This document shows positions 27,330 through 37,502 of a stretch of DNA of 41,427 nt, in pieces; positions within the stretch are counted from its first letter, which is position 1; each line of letters starts with the position of its first letter. The notes beneath the pieces are model-generated. The model saw nothing but the letters and a program-made list of their open reading frames with translations. It made no database searches and was not told the DNA's origin. The translations under genes were made by a program, and so were the position numbers. Source of the DNA: Catajapyx aquilonaris (Eukaryota); the NCBI GenBank assembly GCA_000934665.2, contig JYFJ02000887.1, positions 62,001 to 103,427 of the forward strand, in the 5' to 3' direction.

Positions 27330-28018
27330 GCTTGACAACCTGAAGAGCTCTACTCTTGTAGAGCCCGTCGGCTAGCTGCTCCATATTGAAAACGCGACTG
27401 CATTCAAACACCATCTAGATAGGGAGGGTACTATACACAGGCCTGTAGCTTATCGTATCACGAAAGGCTAAAAAAAAATACCTTCTGTTTTTTTCTATAC
27501 TAACCGCAGATTACTATGGCACATTCCCTTTATCTTATCGAATGCGTTAGAAGGCCGCTCTAGATGATTGGTTGCCATGGCAGTCGACAAGATCATAGAC
27601 AACAGAGCTACCTCAATCTTGCCACAAAATATGGGATTACAGAAATGGCGAAATCCGCCAATAATCCGCTATAAAAGCATTTCTTCCTGTCTTATAACTG
27701 GCTTGGCTTTTGTGACTTCTTAAGACACAGTGTACCTCATAAAACTTTGTCAAAGGGGTCGACTTTTGGTTGGAATATGTCCAGAATATGCAACGGTAAA
27801 CAAGCCATGATGGGCTCTAGGTTCTTTTAGCGATTCGCAACGTTTACTCTTCACTAGTGCCTGAGACTGTCGACGTATTTGCAGAACAAAACGTAATCCC
27901 CGCCACTTTTCCCGCAAAAAAGGCATCGACAAAGCATCTCCTCCATCATGCTCCATCCTCCCACCTTCGCGGTCTATTTTAGCCTCTATTACCTGTTTCC
28001 ACAGCGACAACACGACCG

Positions 28019-28026
28019 TGACGTCA
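28019..28026. promoter_or_regulatory. Full CRE/ATF palindrome TGACGTCA
   Basis: Exact match. Confidence 0.25.
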
Positions 28027-29104
28027 GTCCCCAGGTTTGGGGCAACCACCTCTCCTTCGCACTGATATCCAAAACGCCCACGCAAAATTCGTTTCAAATC
28101 GGCCCTTTTATATTTTGTGTTTCCCAATAACCACTCCCCAGCAGCATGTGCTTCTATGGCCGACACAGAGGGCGATAACAACATTACTCGGTTCACAGAG
28201 GTCGGAGAGGCTTTGCACGAGGATGGATCAAACCCAAATATTTTTCAGAAGCTTCCACGAAGCGGAAGAGAATACAGTACGTCTTATTTGCAACGGCAAA
28301 AGATGAAAACGAAAGGGTTTCCAGAATCGTCATGAAAGCTTTCCAGGTGCATATGATGTATCCACAAACAAAAACTATAACTCATAGGACTTATTTCGAA
28401 TCAGGACGTTAACATCAAAGTTTCGGTTAGTTTTTATAATGGCAAGGGTTGGAGTGAAATTCCGCATTTGAACTGCTCCTGGAAGTTCGTCGTAACCAAT
28501 GGTTGATGGCAAAGATACCTGCGGGGAACTTTGGGAATATACTGGGTGATATCGAGACAGGCAGAGAAGGTGGAGCTACAGTTTATGTTCACATGTGTTG
28601 CACACCAAGCATCAGCAACTTAAGTTTAAGCCATTCTTAGCATTATATGATGCATAATTGTTTATGAGACTTCGATACCTATAAGACGGTATATGCACCT
28701 GCAAAATCTGCTGCGTCAAAATTGTCATGTATAATTTATAAGCTATAATTTTCTGGGTGTTTGCTTATTACGCTTAAATAAATTATAAATACCGCTACCT
28801 CATTACCAAGTCTCCACGTCTGCTTCTAGTAACATTTGGCTATCACTCTCAATTTATTTCACGTTTGACACTGCTGACTCAAAGAATTTCAATATACTGT
28901 AGCATTATAATTATATTATAGGCCTACATATAAAAAATAACAAGGGAAATGAAAATAGACAAAATATTTACTGCAAAATATTTAAAATTCTATGACACGC
29001 ATATAGTCATATTTTAAATGTTTGAGCTTTTGCCCTTATTTCTCAGGTGAAATGGTACACGTCTCACTATAACATAAATGGTTGTCCAGTGATACACCTG
29101 TGGC

Positions 29105-29129
29105 CATAGATAACCCTTTAATATCTATG
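29105..29129. mobile_element. 25-bp micro-element with 8-bp TIRs and an 8-bp target-site duplication (hAT-like geometry)
   Basis: CCTGTGGC|CATAGATA-accctttaa-TATCTATG|CCTGTGGT; flanks match at 7 of 8 bp. Confidence 0.55.
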
Positions 29130-29191
29130 CCTGTGGTATCTTCGGGGATTCTCTTTTATTCTTTCTTGCTCAATGGTGAGGGCCTTTGATA

Positions 29192-29361
29192 GTGGAAGGA
29201 AACGAAGGAAACGAGAGAACCCCGATAAAACCCACGCGTACACGGAGAAAATCTATCGAACCTCTTCCCTCATGAGAATCCTTTTCCTATAACCCGGGCA
29301 TCGAACTCGGGACTGCACAGGTGGAAGGCTATATGACGATAATCACTGAACCACCCCGCCC
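29192..29361 (-). mobile_element. Degenerate tRNA-derived SINE with V-domain-like core
   Basis: Minus strand: A-box-like TGGTTCAGTGA near the 5' end, B-box-like GAGTTCGATGCC within a cccgag/cccggg stem, then TTCTCCGTGTACGCGTGGGTTTTATCGGGGTTCTCTCGTTTCCTT..CCAC, resembling the V-SINE core (GCGTGGGTTTCCTCCGGGTGCTCCGGTTTCCTCCCAC). Includes an internal 9-bp tandem duplication. Confidence 0.7.
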
Positions 29362-32300
29362 TATATAACATAGCAATCAGAAAAGTTGTTATATTCAACG
29401 TTTTAAGTAGCAGCAAATTTAACTGCAGCATAATTCCTAATAGGTTTAACGAAGTTCCTACCCTTCACAGGGTGGTCAGAAACTCCCACATTTGGTTCAG
29501 CCTGGCGATTTCTCAGCCAATTCTAAACCCAAAATATTCGATATCATTCTCACAGCAGACTTACTTAAGTACGGATGCAACGAATTGGAATTGTAACCAG
29601 TGTAAGTGCAGGATGTATCCTGCAGCAATATTAGTCCTATCACTTGTAATTCTAATGGAAACAAATAAAAAATTGCTTCCACAGCCGTGCAGCAAAAAAA
29701 TGTGCGTATGCACATATGCAAACAAATGTTATGGCAGTATTTGTTTTGGTCGTTTTTGACTAGCATGTGCAGGCAATTTGGCAATTGTCCAAATATGGGT
29801 AGGTCTATAAATTAGTAGTGACGTTCTGGACAATGCACAAATCATACCATGCATAAGTAACAACACACACCTCTATTTTTAGGCAGCGGAAATACATGTC
29901 AAAGACACACCTGTCACTTTTGCAACTCTGCGACAGAAAACACACGTGAGAGATGGGCATCGGCCACGTGCCCCGAAGACGCCACTCACCCAAAATCCAT
30001 GGAATCGATCTCTTCATAGAGCCAGTTGACATGGTGCGGCGTACCCATTCCTGGTCACACTTCCTTTATGTACCCGCACACCTCCGCAAGACTAGACCGA
30101 CGTGCTCTATGCTCACTGAGCTAATAGTCGGATCTGACACGAACAAACCGTCTCCTGTCTTCGTCAAGAGGCTCAAAAAGGATACTCGCCCACATGCAGC
30201 ACCTGTGCCAAGCAAACCCTTTCAATTCCACCCTCCTACTGATGTTCCTGTATACATCTCGACATTCCCAGTCCTCAACCCCCCACCCTCCTCCACTGCC
30301 CCGCATATCACCACGACCTATTTTCCGACCGCAACTGTATGCAATTGTCACTATCTGATCAGGTCGATTTGGTGCCTCGTGCTTCTGCCTGTCGGGAGAG
30401 GAGTCCTTTAAACGACAGTGGCCTACTATTTTTTTTTTCTACCCTTTCCTATATATGCTTACCCCATCCCCTGTGAATTATCGAGGTCGTTATCTGAATA
30501 GCTATGTTCCACGTAATATGTATACCGGCGTATATCAAACCGTGGCAATGAAATCAGGTACAGGCTGCCTTCCGATTCTACTTCCGAGTTTTGTTGACAA
30601 ACAAATGTTGCAACCGAACCTGCGGTACTTCTACTGTACTGTCCTTTTAAAAATCCTACATAGAACCGGACAGCCTAATGTTTAACACAAAAATTCTAAT
30701 CACGTCACCCACTTTGGTGAACTGCCGGCGACCGCCGCCCATCTCCATCGGAGACAGCATCACCTCTAAGGTGGCCTCAAAAGGACCTCTTCTTCTCATC
30801 ACTCCTTCCCTCTGCCTCCTACCCCCACCTCCTCCCTCAAGGCCCAACCGAAGGGGACCTCCAATTAGACCCCTTTTCCCAGCATCCTATCAGGTAAACA
30901 AGCCTTCTCTTTGAATACCCGCCTGGGTTGCCTCAAATGAGCTACTTAGTGGGTGGGTGGAAAGTGAGGATGAGGGGCGGTGGTGGGGAGTGGTCGACTT
31001 CAAGCAGCCAAATTCAATTGCTTCCGAGAAAATTTGAATAATAAGTGTGGCAGCGATTAAGTTCCGCTCACAGAAAAGGAGACCGCTTGATTGCGCAACC
31101 GTTTCCTGCTCCGGCATTACGGGCCCGACTGACTGTGCCTCTAAATGCACCTATTGTTGCTGCAGAGTTAAAGTTCAACGACAAGAGAGAATTAGGCAGA
31201 AACTGGCAGACCCCCTGCCGAGGCACTTCATGACAAATGCCGGCTCGTTATAACCGTGTTTGCATTAGTGCTTGATTCGATACTCCCCTCGAGCCAAGTC
31301 ATCCACAAGCGCGTCCAGGTTCATTTGCAAACCTGTAATCAATGGCATGTAAACCAAAATAATTGACTGATATTGTCACTCTGCCACACCTACATTTTAC
31401 AGGAGAGAAACATTTGTAATAAGGATCCTGCAACAGAACAGTGGTCATGAAAGCCTTGGTACGACCCCATTCCTGATATCCCACTGCCCTTGCCCCCTTC
31501 CCAAGCCGCTCTGCCAGGAGCCGACATCAAAATTCAGCGACGGAAGGAATCAGGGATGGAAATGGGTGCTAATGCAAACGCCAAGCCAACAGCCCAGCCT
31601 TGGAGGAGCTATACCACCCTTCCAAACTCTCTCTTTCTCCCAATCAATCAAGCTCTCAAGCACCACATTAAAAAGTCTGGCAGGAGCTAAACTGTTCCTC
31701 GCCGAAACAACATGTCGCAACCGTTTCACACTAACTCATGGATCTAGCATCTACAGTAGAACAGCCACCATAAGGTTAACTACTCGGTCATAGACAACAA
31801 ATTCATTCATTATATTATTCTTCATTATGGCTTGTTTTTTTATCCATCTCGATGACATGCATCCAATTGGGCGGTAATGGAGCATGCAGAATACACTAGG
31901 GGCGCCGCTTTGCTATGGATGAGGAGGGGTTAAGGGAGCAGGCAAACCCAAAGATCATTATGTCCGTCCCAGCTCATTAATTCCGTACAGACCGCGGGGA
32001 CTCAGGGCAAAAATCAATGGGGATGTCCTTATCTGCTCGTTTAAAAATCGAGAGGAGGGTCACACAACCCGAGTCCTCCATGTCAGATGACCCTCTCTCT
32101 CTCTCTTTTTAAAGCCTGTACTTTGTGCAGAATTGGTGCAATAGGCCCCAGCCGGGTTGGAAATGCTGGAAATATGGACACAAAAGAAGTGCGGGACTCG
32201 ACTTCGATTCCCACAGTGGGAGTCAGACTACAGCCATAGAGATTCGACGGGAAGCCGCCAAGTCGAAACTGAATCAAGAGAACAAAAGCGGTCGCAACCA

Positions 32301-33571
32301 TTCATTCCTCCTCCTCTTCTCCAGTTCTCCCACCCTCTTTTTCCCGCGAGATGAAATTCCAGCTCCGTCATATCTATAATGCAGCAGGTAAATCCTACAG
32401 TACAGCAGAAGAGCAAACTGTGCACGGCACATCGTTACGGTCAAGAATTAATCAGTACCACTGGGGAAATTAGATTTCAAATAGACTTCAAACTGTATTA
32501 CTTATATTCCAATTCATTCCCCGAAAACTCCCACTGTTCACGCTAATTTCCCCACGCAGTGTAGTTTTAATTATCTACAGTATAAAAATTAGTTAATTAC
32601 TACCGTGATAAAGCGTATAATACGCCCGTCAACCTAAGTTCAGCCTAGCATTCCTGATCACAATTAAAATTCACTTCTCCAAGACGCGATAAAAGTACAG
32701 TACATTACTTACAGAATAAGTTCAAACGATCAATTTGAAAACTCTGAAATAACTTTCTGTTACTGAAATTACTTTTCACGCGCCTGACAAGTGCAAAACC
32801 AACCTGCCAAAAGCATAACACCCTAAATATCGTTTCAAGTCACATAGAAGGGGCCGTCTAATCGTCTCTCTGTTACGTGTCCCAAGTCTCTTGTCACAAG
32901 AAGTCCTCTTGATTTTGGAGCACGTCGACAGTAATTAGCGCCTCATTGGCAAAGCAGCGGCTTCAGTCACATCTTCCTCCCCCGCACCCACAGAGCGCCC
33001 ACTCTTTGAAGTTTTTTAANCCCCCGCCTTTTTTTTCAACTACTCCTATTTTCTCCCCCTTCTCTTTTCACATTTCGCCAGGCGAAAACCAGACTCTTCC
33101 TTCCCTAATTTTATCAGCGAGGCTTTGAAGTTCAGCAGAACTATGTTGGGCCAAGATGTTCCTCCGTCGCTACTTTGCTCGTCCGTAAAACCATACACTT
33201 TCAAACTGCACATAACATGAAACTGGAATCAATTTTAAGCAAAGGTGACCGCTCTTGTTATGACAAAACACGATTAAGAATCGTGCAGATTCGAGTCATG
33301 CACAGAGCATGTAATGCATTTCAGGTCATGCAGTACTAGATTAAAACTGCATAATTTCGCATGACATCAGAAGCAAAAAATGTAGCAAGCATGCCGTATA
33401 AGCGCTGATGAACCCATTGTTTCCTAATCTAACTGCAATTACCATCGAAATAGTCGAGATAATGCTGGTGTCACTCAATCGGCTGGATTATGGTCTCCGA
33501 GATCCGCACTAGGTGGGAAAACGCACATGAATTACGCAGCACAATAATGGTAGGGGAAAAAATAAATAAAG

Positions 33572-33580
33572 AAAAAAAAA
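33572..33580 (-). terminator. Pol III oligo-T terminator of the tRNA-like unit
   Basis: T9 on the minus strand, 27 nt downstream of the cloverleaf. Confidence 0.45.
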
Positions 33581-33607
33581 CAGGGCAGGAAAGGTGGGAA
33601 ATTCGTG

Positions 33608-33680
33608 AGCCCTCTCCGGGACTCGAACCCGGCGCCTTCGGCACGTACTGCCGACGCTCTGCCACCTGAGCTACGAGAGC
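33608..33680 (-). tRNA. tRNA-like cloverleaf, nominal anticodon TAC (Val), probably a pseudo-tRNA or SINE head
   Basis: GCTCTCG TA GCTC AGGTGGCA GAGC G TCGGC AGTACGT GCCGA AGGCG CCGGG TTCGAGT CCCGG AGAGGGC T: perfect D, anticodon and T stems and intact A/B boxes, but A32/G33 instead of Y32/U33, G48, and a G7:A66 mismatch. Confidence 0.7.
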
Positions 33681-36600
33681 GTTTTTATTCTCGGTACTGG
33701 GATGGTCCAAGGAATGTTATCAAATCATAACTCGGGATAATAAAAGAACTGGATGAGGTTCGGGTAATACCGGCCCTTGGTGTCTAAATCAGCGAAATAA
33801 TAGCTTCCGGGGAGTTGGCTAGGACCGGAGCTGGGGATGGGGGCTTGGGAAGGAAGCAACAGGTGGTTCCAGCATCTGGTCCAGAAGAGAGGCTGATGGG
33901 TGGGCGGATCACGTTTCCTATCCCGTTCACACCACACGGCGCCGATTTCATAAACGGAACATGAAGCGCCCAAAATTTGGAGGTTGTGTATACGAACACA
34001 ACTCTCAGATTACATACATGTAACTACAGCCTTGATAAACCGGGAGCGTACTTTTAAAATGCCCCCAACTATTTCTAGAATCTACAAGCAGTGTAAAAAT
34101 AATCTCCCCTTCCGCTCATATAGTCGTGGCCGTACAGGTGCACGCTAGCATGTCCGAATAAAGAATGAACCATCTCCCCCTGGTTCCTCCTCCCTGATAC
34201 CCCCTTCCCTGCTTTACACCCGCACAAATGCACGTGCACGCGACAGTCAACTGGCCCGCAACACCCTTCCAGTCCAGGCTTTATGCCTGACTACTGGCCT
34301 GTTTCCATGGGAACCCCGAGGAAAAGGCATGCAGGCCTCCCCAGCACCCCCCTCCACCAAATAAAAACTTTATATCAAAACCTTTTAAAAAAAAGGAGGC
34401 GAATTGGAAAGTTCGTTACAGTCCTCCCTCAGGAGTTCGCTCATTGCGACAAGTTGTCCCGCAAGAGCGGCTCCGGATACCGGTTACACCCCCTTCTAAA
34501 ATGATTCTCTTCCCTCGGCAGACTCCATAAGCTGATTAAAGAACCTGCTGAGTGCTCAAACTCCCGGATAAGTGGACATCAATTGCAATTCAGCCCGGAA
34601 CATGTCACCTCGACGCTTCTCTCCGGGGATCTCCTTGCGACTTTGCACAACAACCATTTATTTACCGCCGAGCGGGGCGCTACAAAACTTCCCGAGTTCG
34701 CGGTGCATACAACGTGTTGGCGACCTCCCATTTTCTGGAAGCCCGGATCCTCCAATTAATTAGCGAGGAAACCCTTGCGCTACTCATTATCTTACATATG
34801 GAGGGTATAGCTACAAAAATGCTGGCTAACGAATGTTGGAATCAATTCAATAGCACTTTCTCATCCGCGAAAATTTTCGGGGGCGACGACGTATACGTAT
34901 AGGAACTTGGCGGACACAATCCCTCATCACTTACACAACTTTCCCATTTAACCATTCGCGAAAATGAGCCGCGCAACACAATTCATCGCCCGCCTTCATT
35001 ATCCCTCTTCAACCCGGCGGTAAATTTTCGTACACTGAATTTATAACTGAATAACTTTTTCGCTTGTTTCTGGGCGCTGAGAGAACGGTTAGAACTTTCC
35101 TGGATGACAAGTCGGTACATTTCCATGGGTTTTAGTTTCTGTCGCGTTTTCAATCGAAAAGTTGGCCGTCACCCTCGGATTTAACTTTATACGCGATACA
35201 CTCTAAAATGCTATATATACACTCCATACCGACAGCTATATGCTTTGAACATGCCTATAAGTTACTTGTAAATCCGGCACTGTTGATGTCGAATATGTTA
35301 TACTGTAGGCTATATATGATGGCCATTAATTCCGCATAATAGGAACCTTTAAGTAACGAATCCTTCACAAATTCCACAACCGAAATGATTTATAGCAACT
35401 TTGGCAGGAAATGCCATTAAAAAGATAACCCATTGTCAGTAATCGCGACGTCAACCAATGACTGCGCTTATGACTAAGCTATATACACGTATAGACTTCA
35501 TCACCATCTCGGAATCAGATCCATCCTAAAATGCATTATTTTATCCGAATGACTGTTACAGAGAGGAATAGCAGAAATGTTTGTTTCAGCACAAAAGCAA
35601 GGCTTTCAGACGAACACGACTTCGCTGCATTTACACAGACTTCAAGACAGTTCTGTCATGAAAAGAGAGAAATCTTTTGTAAATATATCGACTGGAGTTC
35701 AAACCATATATACTGTATTGCAGTTCGGCTCATTCAAAGCTATCGGGCTATGTGCACAAGGAAATGGCGTTTCAGCACGAATACAACTTTGAGCATATAA
35801 CATTATGTTCATATGTTCAAATGTCAAGGTTAAATACAAGCGTACAAAGGACTTAATATTTCGACCCTCAATGCCCTGCACTATGCACACTTGCTTTGAT
35901 TTCAGTCGGAGTATTCCATTTGTAGGAGTCCTGCCAGAGACAAATGACTATAGGGTATGCAATCAAAACAGAGGGATGTGCTGGGACACCAGGTACATAA
36001 AAAATTGATTTCGCTTCCACTTGGACAAACACCACCATTTAAAAAAAAACAACAACAAGATGGCATGTTCCAGAGTGGGGGGAGGATGTTGAAATAAAAA
36101 TTAACTGTATTTGCATCTTGTATACAGTAGTATATTCAGAGATTAATAAATTCCAAATATAAAATCCGCCCCGACTACAATTTACGTGCAGAGCAACTTT
36201 TTAAACCCCACTTTTCGATTTTACAAATAAAATATTTACGAGTGTGAAACAAAAGCAAATGTAGATGTGAATTATGCAGTATCAACGCAGCCAACCTTTT
36301 CCACCCCATCCACATGAGAGCACCTCCACCGACCTGCCTGCATGTCGTAGCACAAAACTCTGGTCACTGCGATTAAATATTGGGACAAGGGCTCAGCAGG
36401 ATCATCTACACAGTTATTTGGTTCTCCCACAGGGTCTATATATGCAGACACCATGTTCCGATTTGCTCATAAAGAGATTCCAGAAAAAAAAGAGAGTTCG
36501 CCTCCACTGCAAATACCCTACTCCCTTCGCATACATTGCATCCAGCAGCATTCCGCCACATTACACACAATCGCCTACGCCAGGGATTCGTAGACTGATC

Positions 36601-37186
36601 CGTCCCATAAGCTCATGGTACAGAACCATCTCGTGCAAGCCTGCACTGCGTCACTTGGTCACCAGTTTGTGGATCGACGCTTATTTGTCGCGCATATGTA
36701 GAGTTCGTGGTATCACGGGAATTGTGCTGCTCCTAAATCAAGTCGACAATGGCAATTATAATATGCATGGGATTTGTGCTTTTGATGCGGAACTGACTAA
36801 TTTGCGTCCAGAAGTTGGGCTAGACTCGTGGCAAAGTCCCCCGTGACATTCCGTTCGCATTTCATTGGGTCACTTCTGAACACACTTAAAAATGCATAAG
36901 TTGCTCGAACGGGGCACGTGGATTTTTTTACGCCTCAAATAGATCACACGGTAAAAAAACTTATTCCATTACCAACTTCAAAGAAGCCTGTACCGATATA
37001 GAGGATGCCCTTCACGTGTCACTTCATTCTGTACACATCAATTCTTATAGGGCAAGCAGAGTGCATCACAATTTATGTGCACTCTCACACTGTACATGTA
37101 TGCAATCTCTTGTGTATTTATTTCTTTACAAAGACCATGCATGTGCTGCATGGCGAGGGCGCTTCTTTCCAACACAATGGTTCATT

Positions 37187-37437
37187 TGAAGGGGTCGGTG
37201 CAATACTGCCATAACCCTCCCAAACCTGATTTTGAGAAAACTGCAGTTGAAAGTTTGAGAGGCCATATACATCCCATATACCATGTGACTTATTTCATTT
37301 GATTTCTCAGTGACCGATGGCAGAAACTGCACAATTTCAATGGATTTTATTAGATACATGAATGTAGTACATGGAAGTGTGCTTAACTCAATTTGTGTCA
37401 TTTGGTGGGTTAGGGCGGTATTGCACCGACCCCTTCA
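37187..37437. mobile_element. Non-autonomous DNA transposon (MITE), ~250 bp, ~38-bp imperfect TIRs
   Basis: Left end tgaaggggtcggtgcaatactgccataaccctcccaaa (37187-37224); right end reverse-complements to tgaaggggtcggtgcaataccgccctaacccaccaaa (37401-37437). AT-rich non-coding interior; TSD not cleanly resolved. Confidence 0.8.
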
Positions 37438-37470
37438 TTTATTGAAGCACTTTCATAATAGTGAACAAGC

Positions 37471-37502
37471 ACCTACCTGTAGAAGAAAGATAAGAAGAGA
37501 GC
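37471..37502 (-). other. Strong candidate recursive splice site, junction 37477|37476
   Basis: Minus strand reads gctctcttcttatctttcttctacAG|GTAGGT: over 20 nt of pyrimidine tract, CAG, near-consensus donor. Confidence 0.65.

Noticed and set aside
27340..27369. CTGAAGA followed by a perfect 7-bp hairpin GCTCTAC/GTAGAGC and GTC (hammerhead-like)
   Set aside because: The essential GAAA is missing and stem I does not pair; at most a dead relic
29024..29052. Plus-strand composite site cttatttctcAG|GTGAAA
   Set aside because: Weak donor and wrong strand; treated as background
36274..36846. Longest ORF (190 aa), and other >130-aa ORFs at 1413, 11858, 14049, 21634, 27750 and 29953
   Set aside because: No recognisable domain, random-like composition, several run through microsatellites or homopolymers, and no coherent splice boundaries
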